Assembly (NCBI GenBank): GCA_963845145.1
Contig: CAWJQU010000004.1
Span: 160,001 to 224,000 of the forward strand
Length of the DNA: 64,000 nt
Direction: 5' to 3'
DNA from: an uncultured delta proteobacterium
Lineage (GTDB): Bacteria > Desulfobacterota > Desulfobacteria > Desulfobacterales > QNYZ01
Within the stretch, counting starts at the first letter, position 1, and every line of letters begins with the position of its first letter. A model generated the notes under the pieces. That model was given only the letters and a program-made list of their open reading frames with translations, was not told the DNA's origin and did not search any database. Both the position numbers and the translations under genes were made by a program. Of the stretch, positions 48,118-58,116 are shown piece by piece.

Positions 48118-48576
48118 ATGAAGAAAACCATTCTTTTCAGATTATTCAAGATAGGGGCGATTCCCAAAAAACTTTTGCCGGTGCTAGAATCGGAAGGCAT
48201 TGTGATTTTGGACGAAGGCGTCGGTGGGTGGTACATTACAAAGAACGTTAAGGGGCCGTGTAGGCGGCACATCCATCGCTCTGAGGGGTTTTCGGGTTGC
48301 CTTGTTGTCACCAAAAAAAGAATCATCTGCTATGCGTACTGGAAGCGGCAGATAAATATTTCCGTTGAAGATCCCAGGATCTCTGAGCTATACATAAGCC
48401 TTCCCGAGCCGAATGTGCTCTCTATCTCCTTTGAATCCGGCCTTTTCAGGGACGGATGGAAAGGGGTGATTGAGTTTCGGTTCAAGACAGAAAAAGCAGT
48501 GCAATTTTATGATATTTTGATATCTATCGGTACTCGAAAAGGATCAGCCGCAGATGCGATTGAGCCACACGTCTGA
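48118..48576 (+). CDS. Hypothetical protein (cassette-like)
   Basis: Open frame; 3' end runs into a weak attC-like stretch ending GTTGGCA (48581-48587). Confidence 0.65.
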   Translation: MKKTILFRLFKIGAIPKKLLPVLESEGIVILDEGVGGWYITKNVKGPCRRHIHRSEGFSGCLVVTKKRIICYAYWKRQINISVEDPRISELYISLPEPNVLSISFESGLFRDGWKGVIEFRFKTEKAVQFYDILISIGTRKGSAADAIEPHV

Positions 48577-48700
48577 TTTAGTTGGCAGCCCCACAGAATA
48601 GAAAAAATATTTCCTATACCCCATGCATAGCATCAACATTTTTACTTAATTGTTTTAAAAAATATGAACCCGGCGCCTTTGGAATTATAAGGAATTGATC

Positions 48701-49648
48701 GTGAATGTTTTAATAACCGGAGCGGCAGGGAACCTGGGCGGGTTACTCTCAAGGCATATATTAAAATATAATGAGGGCATTAACCTCATTCTTATGCAGC
48801 ACCTGAAAAAGGTGTCTGCAGATGTGGCCGATAACGATTGTGCCGAGGTAAGGTTCGGTGATCTCTCAAGGCCGGAAACATTGGTCAATTGTTTAGAATC
48901 CGTTGATGTTATTGTCCATTTCGCCGGGGTTTTATTTAAAGCAAACCCTGAAGAATTCTTATATGATACGAATATCGTCTATTTTAAAAACCTGGTTGAT
49001 GTCGCCATATCAAAAGGCATAAAAAAGATCATTTTGATCAGCTTTCCCCATGTTGAAGGACCAACTTCTCGACAATCCCCAGCTACGGGCCGGTTGGACC
49101 GGGCACCGATTTCCGTCCATGCCACGACGAGGCTGGCGGAAGAAAAATATCTATTCAAAAAAGTTACGAATCCAATATCGTTGCGAGTGGGGATGGTTTA
49201 CGGCCGGGGAATACTGATGATCGATGCCGCCAAATGGTTTGCGAAAAGGAAACTCCTCTGGGTCTGGAAGGAGCGAACCGAAGTCCATCTGATATCAAAA
49301 ACCGATTTTTGTATGGCAACAGTAGCGGCAATTAGTAGTAAAACCACATCGGGTATCTACCATGTCGGTGATGAAGGCAATGACACGCTGCAATCATTTC
49401 TTGATTATACCTGTGATTTATGGGGGTACTCACGTCCCCGCAAAGTACCGGTAAATGTTATTTACCTGGCGGCGGGTGTATTTGAACTAACTTCACGATT
49501 ATTCAAAATTCCCAGCCCCTTAACCAGGGATTTTATTGATATTGGAAGGGTATCTTATTTTGGCGACACCCGGCGCTTTAGACGAGAATTGTTGCCCCAA
49601 TTAAAATATCGAACGGTAAAGGACGGGATTCGTGATATGAGGAGGTAG
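48701..49648 (+). CDS. NAD-dependent epimerase/dehydratase (atypical SDR)
   Basis: VLITGAAGNLG, VIVHFAG, LRVGMVYG; HxxxR where YxxxK is usual. Confidence 0.8.
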   Translation: MNVLITGAAGNLGGLLSRHILKYNEGINLILMQHLKKVSADVADNDCAEVRFGDLSRPETLVNCLESVDVIVHFAGVLFKANPEEFLYDTNIVYFKNLVDVAISKGIKKIILISFPHVEGPTSRQSPATGRLDRAPISVHATTRLAEEKYLFKKVTNPISLRVGMVYGRGILMIDAAKWFAKRKLLWVWKERTEVHLISKTDFCMATVAAISSKTTSGIYHVGDEGNDTLQSFLDYTCDLWGYSRPRKVPVNVIYLAAGVFELTSRLFKIPSPLTRDFIDIGRVSYFGDTRRFRRELLPQLKYRTVKDGIRDMRR

Positions 49649-49728
49649 TGCCTTATGAAAGAAGCGATACTGAGTCGCCTTTCATTTAGTATTTAATCTA
49701 TCCGATCATAGTGAGGTATTAACAGCCG

Positions 49729-50229
49729 ATGAAAATAAAAATATTTACCACTGGCGGGACCATCGACAAGATCTATTTTGATAAAAAGAGTGAATATCAG
49801 GTCGGTGACCCCCAGGCGGCTTGTGTCCTTCAGCGGGCAAACGTCGTTTTGGATTACGAGGTCGAATCGATTCTGCGCAAGGACAGTCTGGATTTGACCG
49901 ATGAAGATCGGAAGACCATTCTTGCAAAAGTAAAATCTGAAGACCTTGATCGTATCGTCATTACCCATGGGACGGATACCATGATTCATACTGCGAAGGT
50001 TCTTTCGGCCATTAAAGATAAGGCTATGGTATTGACGGGCTCCATGTATCCTGCGGAGTTTCGGGACAGCGATGCGATCTTTAATATCGGTTGTGCCGTC
50101 ACCGCAGCGCAAATACTTCCCCCCGGGGTTTATATCGCCATGAACGGTCGGATCTTTGATCCGTTAAAATTGAAGAAAAATGTGGAAATGAACCGGTTTG
50201 AGATTGTGGATGAAAACGGGCATTCTTAA
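49729..50229 (+). CDS. Asparaginase N-terminal-domain protein
   Basis: TTGGTIDK, DSLD, ITHGTDTM, VLTGSM, GVYIAMNG. Confidence 0.9.
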   Translation: MKIKIFTTGGTIDKIYFDKKSEYQVGDPQAACVLQRANVVLDYEVESILRKDSLDLTDEDRKTILAKVKSEDLDRIVITHGTDTMIHTAKVLSAIKDKAMVLTGSMYPAEFRDSDAIFNIGCAVTAAQILPPGVYIAMNGRIFDPLKLKKNVEMNRFEIVDENGHS

Positions 50230-50449
50230 TGGCGCATATCATATCATCAACCGCCGCCGCGTTGTTCGGGAGATGAGGATGGATAGGGGTATTTGCGCTG
50301 GCGAATAATCGTCTTATTTTAAGCTGCACGATCATTTATATCATTGGTATCGACTCACAAACATGGCAATCATTTTTAAACAGACATCGTTAAATAGATG
50401 AAACTGCGAGCCATAAAGAACGAACAAGTTGGGCTCTGAGCTTGGGAAA

Positions 50450-50482
50450 TAGGCGTTCGAAGATGATACTTTCGAACGCCTA
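50450..50482. terminator. Hairpin between convergent genes, probable serC terminator
   Basis: TAGGCGTTCGAA / TTCGAACGCCTA, 12-bp perfect stem just past the serC stop. Confidence 0.65.
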
Positions 50483-50496
50483 CCTGATTTAATAGG

Positions 50497-51582
50497 CTAT
50501 CCGTTTTTGCTTTCAAAGGTTTTCATAAAGTCTACCAGTGCATTGATGCCATCAATTGAGGTAGCATTGTAGATCGAAGCGCGGCATCCGCCCACCGAGC
50601 GGTGACCTTTTAGCCCACCAAGTCCCTGGTCAATAGCTTCTGCGACAAATTGTTTTTCCAGGTCTTCGGATGGTAGTCTAAAGGTGACATTCATTAGCGA
50701 GCGACCGGCAGGATCGGCCGTGCCGCTATAAAAACCGGAAGCGTCAAATAGATCATAGAGAACTTTCGCTTTTGCTTTGTTCTGCGTTTCCATTGCTTCA
50801 AGTCCCCCCACTGTATCTTCGAGCCATTTTAATACCAGGTCAATCGTATAGATGACAAAACAGGCGGGGGTATTGAACATTGAGTTTTTGGCCGCGAAAG
50901 TTGTGTATTTCAGCATGGTGGGAATGTTATCCGGCACACGTTCCAGCATATCGTCACGGACGATGACAAACGCGCACCCGGCGGGCCCGATGTTTTTCTG
51001 GGCACCTGCATAAATAAGACCAAACGGTGATGCATCGAAAGACCGGGACATGATGTCCGATGACATATCGCAAACCAGAGGTATGTTTCCAGCATCCGGA
51101 AATTGCGCGAATTGCGTGCCCTTGATGGTATTGTTGGAAGTAAAATGCAAGTAAGCCGCATCCGGGTCGATTTTGTAATCGGTTGGAATATAGGAAAAGT
51201 TTTTGTCTTCCGAGGAGGCGATCACACGGGTATCCAAGCCCTGGATTTGGGCTTCCTTAATGGCTTTTGTGGACCAGGTACCGGTATTGATGTAGTCAAC
51301 ACATTGCCCGTTTAGGGCAAAATTCATGGGGATCATGCAAAACTGCAGGCTGGCACCGCCCTGGATAAAAAGGACCTGGTAGCGATCATCCAGGTTCAAC
51401 AGCCGTTTGGTCCGTTCAACGGCATCGTTGATGACATCGTCGAACCATTGGGAACGATGGCTCACCTCGGTGATGGACATGCCCGACCCCTTGAAATCGA
51501 TAAATTGTTCCTGGATCTCTTCAAGCACGGCCAAGGGGAGTGCCGCCGGTCCGGCGTTAAAATTGTGAATGCGATGGGCCAT
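50497..51582 (-). CDS. serC: Phosphoserine aminotransferase
   Basis: NFNAGPA, SHRS, QGGASLQF, DMSSD, AGAQKNIGPAG, GHRSVGGCRASIYNA. Confidence 0.97.
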   Translation of the reverse strand: MAHRIHNFNAGPAALPLAVLEEIQEQFIDFKGSGMSITEVSHRSQWFDDVINDAVERTKRLLNLDDRYQVLFIQGGASLQFCMIPMNFALNGQCVDYINTGTWSTKAIKEAQIQGLDTRVIASSEDKNFSYIPTDYKIDPDAAYLHFTSNNTIKGTQFAQFPDAGNIPLVCDMSSDIMSRSFDASPFGLIYAGAQKNIGPAGCAFVIVRDDMLERVPDNIPTMLKYTTFAAKNSMFNTPACFVIYTIDLVLKWLEDTVGGLEAMETQNKAKAKVLYDLFDASGFYSGTADPAGRSLMNVTFRLPSEDLEKQFVAEAIDQGLGGLKGHRSVGGCRASIYNATSIDGINALVDFMKTFESKNG

Positions 51583-51614
51583 AGTGTCGTCTCCTTTCAA
51601 TCAATGTATGTGGT

Positions 51615-52334
51615 TCAAATAGCGTCTAAAACCCGTTCCTTCCGGGCCATAAAGTCTTTATATATTTGATAATGACCTGTTTTTTCATACTCGATGGGCT
51701 CAATAACGGTGCTGTCAAAATTGTACAATTGGGCCCCGGGACACCCCAGAAGGATTGGAGAGTGGGAAACGATAATAAACTGGGCGTGGCCGTCAGCCCC
51801 CGCGGTCATAAGAACTTTGAGCAGTTCAAGCTGGCTGCGCGGTGACAAAGCGGTTTCCGGTTCATCGAGAAAATAGAGCCCTTTGATGCGATAACGGCTT
51901 TTGAAATAAGACATCAGGGATTGGCCGTGGGATTGGGCCAAAAGTGATTTCCCACCGAAATATTCAAGCAGGGCCGGATCACTGAGCGCCCACTCTTCCA
52001 GGTTGCGTGAAAAGTCTCGGAACATCTCTCCGGAGAAAAAGGCGCCGTTTACGTAGCCGTTGGTCCATTTTACCGTTAAGAACTGGTACAGCATCTTTTC
52101 GTAAGGATTATCAAAAAGTCGCTCAGGGGTACCGTTTTCCCAGATATGGATACCGCACTTATGGGCCATGGCTTCCAGGAGGGTGGTTTTACCGGATCCG
52201 TTTTCACCGACAAAAAAAGTGACCGGAGAACGAAATTCGATGTCGTTGGTATCCTGAAAAAGAGATAGGCTAAACGGATAGCAGTCCTCACGGGGATATG
52301 TTTCCGGTAAAAAAGTCACACGTCGAATATGCAT
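51615..52334 (-). CDS. Stand-alone ABC/AAA-type ATPase
   Basis: GENGSGKT, QSHGQS, LDEPETALSP, SHSPILL. Confidence 0.85.
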   Translation of the reverse strand: MHIRRVTFLPETYPREDCYPFSLSLFQDTNDIEFRSPVTFFVGENGSGKTTLLEAMAHKCGIHIWENGTPERLFDNPYEKMLYQFLTVKWTNGYVNGAFFSGEMFRDFSRNLEEWALSDPALLEYFGGKSLLAQSHGQSLMSYFKSRYRIKGLYFLDEPETALSPRSQLELLKVLMTAGADGHAQFIIVSHSPILLGCPGAQLYNFDSTVIEPIEYEKTGHYQIYKDFMARKERVLDAI

Positions 52335-52619
52335 GTTAAGAGTACTCCTAACATTTAACCCCCAATGATGCGAAAGTAAGCAATTGGGCGGGGTCGTTTT
52401 TATGAATGCTGATCAGTTTAGGGCTCTTCAGGAAAAAGTTGAGACAATCCATTTGGATAAGGTATTCATCTGTTTTAGTATCTTCCGCCGTACGCTGATC
52501 GGTGATTGCCGAAAGCTTCCCGGTTGAGCCGGGCCGCAATTATAGCAATAGTCGAGCCAAGCCTACTACTAGGCTTAACCAAAAATTACTATCATCCATC
52601 GGGCAAAATAACCACCTGT

Positions 52620-52919
52620 TTACTCAGGCGTCTTTTCTGGCGGCTTTGTCTGAGCCTGTTTGATCAATTCTAAAAGTGAAAGCAATTTGGGTTTGGGCGG
52701 CTGGTGGAAAAGTTGCTGCATCTGTTCAGGGTCCAATCGGGCTTCAAAATAGGCCTGTACATCGAAATATTCGAACCAGCAGTCAAGGGCTTTAAAACAA
52801 GGGATGCCATTGTTTTCAACCTGGCAGTAAGAAAAACTGAGATTGTGACCCAAACGGGGGCAGCGGATGGTATGATCCTCATCGGGCGGTGGTATCTTTT
52901 CTTTCATGTCGTTGTCCAT
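52620..52919 (-). CDS. Small Cys-rich hypothetical protein
   Basis: RCPRLGH...YC...PCFKALDCW; start uncertain (52919 or 52907). Confidence 0.65.
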   Translation of the reverse strand: MDNDMKEKIPPPDEDHTIRCPRLGHNLSFSYCQVENNGIPCFKALDCWFEYFDVQAYFEARLDPEQMQQLFHQPPKPKLLSLLELIKQAQTKPPEKTPE

Positions 52920-53024
52920 TGGACACCATTTATATCGAAAATTTGCGTATTTCCCCTTCCCGACACACCGCCAACAGCGGTTGTCGGGAAGGGAGTGATA
53001 CATCAATAAACATCGGCCGGTGAA

Positions 53025-54410
53025 TTAGATATCGCCGGCTTTATACTGTTGTGGCTTAGGCAGCGCCTCAATCTCGGAAAGTGCCCGGCGAATTTCTTCC
53101 GACGGCAGCTCGTGGTTCGCCAGTTCGCCTGCCAGATAGGCCCGGTATGCCCCCATATCCACGAAACCGTGTCCACTCCAGTTGAAGAGTATGACTTTCT
53201 CTTTGCCTTCTTCCTTGGCTTTTAAGGCTTCACGAATGGTTGCGGCGACGGCGTGGTTGGTTTCCGGCGCACTTAGAAATCCCTCACTTTTTGCGAACTT
53301 GATACCGCTTTCAAAAGTTTCCATTTGGGGGATGGCCATGGTGTTGATGAGACCACTCATCACCAATTGGCTGACCAGCGGGGCCATGCCGTGATACCGC
53401 AGACCGCCGGCATGGATCGGGGCCGGAACGAATCCGTGCCCCAGGGTGTGCATGGGGAACAGCGGTGTCGTCGCCATGGTGTCACCGAAGTCATAGGCAA
53501 AGGGCCCTCGGGTCAGGGTAGGGCAGGAGGTCGGTTCAGAGGCGATAATCTCAACTTCTTTGCCATTGATTTTGTCCTGAATAAAGGGAAAGCTCAGTCC
53601 GGCAAAGTTGCTGCCGCCCCCGGCACACCCGATAACGATATCCGGGTAATCGCCGGCGATTTCCATCTGTTTTTTCGCTTCAAGGCCAATAATGGTCTGG
53701 TGAAGCATGACGTGGTTTAACACGCTGCCCAGGGCGTATTTGGTGTCTTCGTTCTGGGCCGCTATTTCGACGGCTTCGCTGATGGCCATACCCAGGCTGC
53801 CGGGCGAATCGGGGTTTTTCTCCAGAATCGATCGGCCGGCGTTGGTTTCTGTGCTGGGGCTGGCGGTACAGTTAGCGCCCCAGGTCTGCATCATGACCCG
53901 TCGATACGGTTTTTGGTTGTAGCTGATCTTAACCATAAAAACCTTGCACTCCAGGCCAAAAAGAGAGCAGCAAAAAGCGAGGGCACTGCCCCATTGACCG
54001 GCGCCGGTTTCAGTCGTAATTTTTTTGGTACCGGCTACTTTATTGTAATAGGCTTGGGCAATGGCCGTGTTGGGCTTATGGCTGCCGGCTGGGCTCACAC
54101 CTTCGTTTTTATAATAAATTTTTGCGGGCGTATCCAATGCTTTTTCCAGATCGAAGGCCCGATAGAGGGGGGAGGGACGCCAAATTCGGTATTTTTCCAG
54201 GACAGGCTCCGGAATGTCGATCCATCTTTCCTGGCTGACTTCCTGTTCAATCAGGTTCATGGGAAAAAGGGGGGCTAGATCATCGGGGCCGGCGGGTTGA
54301 CCTGTCCCCGGGTGTAGGGGGGGTTCCATCGGCGTGGGCATATCGGCGGCGATGTTGTACCATTGGGTCGGCATTTCCGATTCCGGCAAAAAGATTTTTT
54401 TAGTTTCCAT
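53025..54410 (-). CDS. trpB2: TrpB-like PLP enzyme (TrpB2 type)
   Basis: [51 protein letters not shown]; no trpA adjacent. Confidence 0.93.
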   Translation of the reverse strand: METKKIFLPESEMPTQWYNIAADMPTPMEPPLHPGTGQPAGPDDLAPLFPMNLIEQEVSQERWIDIPEPVLEKYRIWRPSPLYRAFDLEKALDTPAKIYYKNEGVSPAGSHKPNTAIAQAYYNKVAGTKKITTETGAGQWGSALAFCCSLFGLECKVFMVKISYNQKPYRRVMMQTWGANCTASPSTETNAGRSILEKNPDSPGSLGMAISEAVEIAAQNEDTKYALGSVLNHVMLHQTIIGLEAKKQMEIAGDYPDIVIGCAGGGSNFAGLSFPFIQDKINGKEVEIIASEPTSCPTLTRGPFAYDFGDTMATTPLFPMHTLGHGFVPAPIHAGGLRYHGMAPLVSQLVMSGLINTMAIPQMETFESGIKFAKSEGFLSAPETNHAVAATIREALKAKEEGKEKVILFNWSGHGFVDMGAYRAYLAGELANHELPSEEIRRALSEIEALPKPQQYKAGDI

Positions 54411-54666
54411 GGCTCCTCCTTAAGGTTGGTTGATATTGGTTTCGAAATCACGTCTGAGGCTCGATGGTCGAACGTCGTCTATTCTTTTGAAACCGCTTCT
54501 ATGAACGGGTTATTGTTTGCCCCAGTCAAATTGTTGCCAGGGACGATTAAAGTCCGCGCTGGACTTACAGTGGTTATCCTTAACTGACCCTTTTTAAGTA
54601 TCTGTAGGAAAATGTCTTTGTTAAAATCCGTTTAATGGGGGCACTATCAGAAGGCCCTCATTCATT

Positions 54667-55620
54667 TTATTCCGTATTGGTCATGTTGACCGTGTTTTTA
54701 ATCTTTCCGTGTAGCAGATAATCGATCATCTGGTTGGCCACATCCACCGCCACATTGATCTGGGCTTCGCGGGTGGAAGCTCCCAGGTGTGGCGTGCATA
54801 TGAAATTGGGCAGATCCATCAGTTTGATCTTGCCCGGTGGTTCGGTGGCGAAAACGTCCAAAGCCGCTCCGGCCAGAGGACCATCTACGAGCGCATCGTA
54901 AAGATCATCCTGATTGACGATACCGCCGCGGGCACAGTTGACCAGAAAGGTTTCCTTTTTCATCCGGCTAAAGGCATCCTTATTGACCAGATTGCGGGTT
55001 TCTTCGGTTACCGGCGTGTGAATGGTGATATAATCGGAACAGGCCAATAATTCATCGAAATCTACGGGTGTGAGGCCTGCTTTGCGAGCGGTTTCGGGAT
55101 CGAGATAGGGATCGTAAACCACGGTTTTCATCTTCAATCCCTGGGCGCGGTCAGCCACGATCATGCCGATCTTCCCGGCACCGATCAACCCTAGGGTTTT
55201 GTTGAACAGTTCCCGGCCCTGCAATTGTTTCTTTTCCCAACGTCCGTCTTTTAATGAGGCCGTCGCCTGGGGAATGTTACGCGATAAGGCCATCATCATG
55301 GCGATGGCGTGTTCAGCGGTGGTAGTGGCATTGCCAAACGGGGTATTCATTACGGCAATGTTGCGTTCACTTGCGGCCGGAATGTCAACATTGTCCAATC
55401 CAATACCGGCACGGCCCACGACTTTTAGATTATCTGCAGCAGCAATAAGGTCGGCATTGACTTTGGTGGCACTGCGGATCACCAACCCATCGTAAGGGCC
55501 GATGATTTCAAGACGCTGTTCCGGCGTAAGCCCGGTGTTGACATCAACCTCAATGCCCGATGTATTCTTGAAGATATCGATGCCGACTTCCGACAGTGGA
55601 TCACTTACCAATACTTTCAT
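54667..55620 (-). CDS. serA: D-3-phosphoglycerate dehydrogenase (short form, no ACT domain)
   Basis: IRSATKV, GRAGIGLDNVD, AEHA, GAGKIG, NCARGG, ALDVF..EP, TPHLGASTREAQ. Confidence 0.8.
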   Translation of the reverse strand: MKVLVSDPLSEVGIDIFKNTSGIEVDVNTGLTPEQRLEIIGPYDGLVIRSATKVNADLIAAADNLKVVGRAGIGLDNVDIPAASERNIAVMNTPFGNATTTAEHAIAMMMALSRNIPQATASLKDGRWEKKQLQGRELFNKTLGLIGAGKIGMIVADRAQGLKMKTVVYDPYLDPETARKAGLTPVDFDELLACSDYITIHTPVTEETRNLVNKDAFSRMKKETFLVNCARGGIVNQDDLYDALVDGPLAGAALDVFATEPPGKIKLMDLPNFICTPHLGASTREAQINVAVDVANQMIDYLLHGKIKNTVNMTNTE

Positions 55621-55909
55621 TTGCAGACTCCTTTGACGCGGTTACGTGTTTTTGTCATCCAATGCAAGCAAGGCCTGTTCTGGTGCAAGGGTTGCGGGTA
55701 GTGGCTTGAGTGGCCTGCGGACACGGGATCATTGTTAAAAGAGCGGGATGGTTGTTAACGGAATTGGCTGAACTGAATTCATAAAATTCGATAGTATAAT
55801 TAACCGAATTAAATGTCCGCCGTCAAGAGTGTTAAAAAGATGATAAAACGGTGATCAAAATTAACCGATATGAGCCGATAAAGCATGGGTTTCTTGTTGA
55901 GGGACGTTA

Positions 55910-58084
55910 TCATTTTATCAGTGAGAGGAGATACGAACGCAGGTTGGTACCTTTTTTTTTCAAGCCGAGTTTGGTTCGAATACGGTAGCGGTGGGATGAA
56001 ACGGTATTTAACGAAATGGTCAGCAATTCTGCGATTTCTTTATTGGTCAACCCCTCTTTGACCAGCTGGGCAATACGAATTTCCATGGGGGTCAGATTCA
56101 GCATGCTGGAGGAGAGCCTGCTGATCAAAGGCGAAGTTACATCGTTTAGGTTCGCTTCTAGCATACCGAGCAGCACCTGTTGACGGTGTTGCAGAGGTTG
56201 CCCCTTCAACCGCTCGACATAGGGAATGACCGATTGTTTGACATGGGCTAGAATATTTTCATTGTCCTCTTTCCGTTTTTCCTCCACCTGTTTTAAAACG
56301 ACTTTGAGGGCAATGTTGGCCTCTTCCAGGTGGGTCGATTGGGCTTTTAGCTCGCTTTCGCGATTTTTTAAATCTTCCATCGATACTTTGTGGGCCGTTA
56401 TGTCGCGGCCCTCCGCGACCAGCAAAATGTTCCGGCCATGCTCATCCTTAATCGGCTTAATGGAAAAATCGATGGTATGGATATGGCCGTCGTGGGCCGT
56501 GTGGAGGGCCTCAAAGCGTACCAGTCTTCCTTGGGCGGCATCCTGAATGGCTTTTCGCAAGCGGGGGTGCTCTTTTGGATGGGCCGCCCACCAGGGTGTT
56601 TCCCAAAATGGGTGGCCGATGACGTGGGACAGGGTGGTCCCGGCAAAGCCCAAGGCGGTCTTGTTTATTTTAACGACGGTGCCTTTCAGGTCGAGGATAC
56701 CGATGAGCTGGAAAGTCTGATCGAAAATGGCTTCAAACATGGCCTCGCTTTGCTGCAGGGCTTTGTGGGCTTCACGCCGTCGCTCGATTTCCTGGGCCAG
56801 ACGCCGGTTGATTTTGGTTAATTTATCGGTCCGTTGCCTAACCAGGTCTTCCAAGTGATCGCGGTGGGTACGTAATTCATCCTGAGCTCTTTGCCGCTCG
56901 GTAATATCGATACCCAGAGCGAAAAAATAATCGAGGTTGCCGTCATCATTTGAAATGCGGCGGCCGTGCCACTCAACCAGCCGCTTCAGGCCGTCTTTGG
57001 TGATCATCTCGCCCCGGTCGACGGCGATAGTGTCCGGATCATCGATTTGGCGGAAGCTTTCAATCAGTCGGGCCCATTGCTTTCGAGGCACAAAGGTTTT
57101 TAGATAATTTTTATCCACGACCTCGTCGGCCGTGTAACCCAGGGTTTTCAACATGGCATCGTTCATCAGAAGTGTACGACCGTCCGCGGCGATGGCCACG
57201 AAAAAGGCGGGCGACGTCTGAATGATGGTGGCATTAAACTCTTTTTCCTTTCGCAGCTCATCCTCCAGGCGTTTGCGTTGAAAAAACTCGGGAATATCGA
57301 TATCGCCGAAGTCAACTTCTTTACGATGGGGTTGTTGGCTATAGCGGGCGATGTGATCCTTGATTTTGTGCGGCGGGGCCATAATGAAGCGACAGCGCGG
57401 GTCGCCTTTGGATCGGCATTCGATTTCAGCTGCTACCAGGGGGATCCCGAAACTTTCTTCACACCAGCCCGAGGAATACCCCGCGTTCATAATACAAACG
57501 GGAAAGTCGGTCTGCTTCTCATTTCGCTGCCAAGAATCGGCTTCGAACGAGAAGGGATGATCGTAGATAAGGTAAAAATGTTCATCGGGGGTGGGATTTG
57601 ATTCCGGTAAAATATCCACATAGGCCCACCCCGTGTGGGCAAAATGAATGGGGCCGGCCGATAGCCTGGCAATGGGATCGGTGACGCCTAATTTGGTAAA
57701 AAAGCTACGCGCATCAGCCTTGGCGATGGAATGGGCCATGTCGTAGAGAAAACCAAAGATCACATTGCGGGCTTCCTTGGGACCCCGATCCTGGTAAAAC
57801 GTCGTCATTAATTCGAAAAATTCATGGGACATGGATGCGGCCCGCACCAGAATATAACGTTCACCGGAAATATCGATGATACCCTTCTGGGGGGATTCTT
57901 TTTTATCGGCGAAATAGCGTTCGACATATTTCTGGGCATTTAAAAAATCGGCACGCAGCCCTGTGGGGACCTTGACGCTGGTCAAGGCCTCGGCTGAAGG
58001 CGTGTCTTTTTCGAGCGATTCCGAAGAGGTGGTCGCGGCCGAAGATGGCTGAGGGGTCGGCGTGGGCTGCTGGGGTTCGTCCAT
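55910..58084 (-). CDS. V4R-PAS-PAS-LuxR transcriptional regulator
   Basis: GERYILVRA, HFAHTGWA, GYSSGWCEESFG...ECRSKGDPRCRF (V4R), two PAS/PAC domains, LTPMEIRIA...TNKEIAELL...IRTKLG (LuxR HTH). Confidence 0.88.
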   Translation of the reverse strand: MDEPQQPTPTPQPSSAATTSSESLEKDTPSAEALTSVKVPTGLRADFLNAQKYVERYFADKKESPQKGIIDISGERYILVRAASMSHEFFELMTTFYQDRGPKEARNVIFGFLYDMAHSIAKADARSFFTKLGVTDPIARLSAGPIHFAHTGWAYVDILPESNPTPDEHFYLIYDHPFSFEADSWQRNEKQTDFPVCIMNAGYSSGWCEESFGIPLVAAEIECRSKGDPRCRFIMAPPHKIKDHIARYSQQPHRKEVDFGDIDIPEFFQRKRLEDELRKEKEFNATIIQTSPAFFVAIAADGRTLLMNDAMLKTLGYTADEVVDKNYLKTFVPRKQWARLIESFRQIDDPDTIAVDRGEMITKDGLKRLVEWHGRRISNDDGNLDYFFALGIDITERQRAQDELRTHRDHLEDLVRQRTDKLTKINRRLAQEIERRREAHKALQQSEAMFEAIFDQTFQLIGILDLKGTVVKINKTALGFAGTTLSHVIGHPFWETPWWAAHPKEHPRLRKAIQDAAQGRLVRFEALHTAHDGHIHTIDFSIKPIKDEHGRNILLVAEGRDITAHKVSMEDLKNRESELKAQSTHLEEANIALKVVLKQVEEKRKEDNENILAHVKQSVIPYVERLKGQPLQHRQQVLLGMLEANLNDVTSPLISRLSSSMLNLTPMEIRIAQLVKEGLTNKEIAELLTISLNTVSSHRYRIRTKLGLKKKGTNLRSYLLSLIK

Positions 58085-58116
58085 GACAGAGATCCTTTTA
58101 CGTCTATCGACTACGT

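Larger units (their letters stand above)
36692..48587 (+). mobile_element. Decaying integron cassette array without an integrase in the window (CALIN-like)
   Basis: Several co-oriented attC sites, small co-oriented cassette-type genes and an inverted TA module; right boundary uncertain. Confidence 0.7.

Noticed and set aside
55681..55695. Sigma54-like TGGTGC-N5-TTGC
   Set aside because: On the + strand, while both neighbouring genes are on the minus strand
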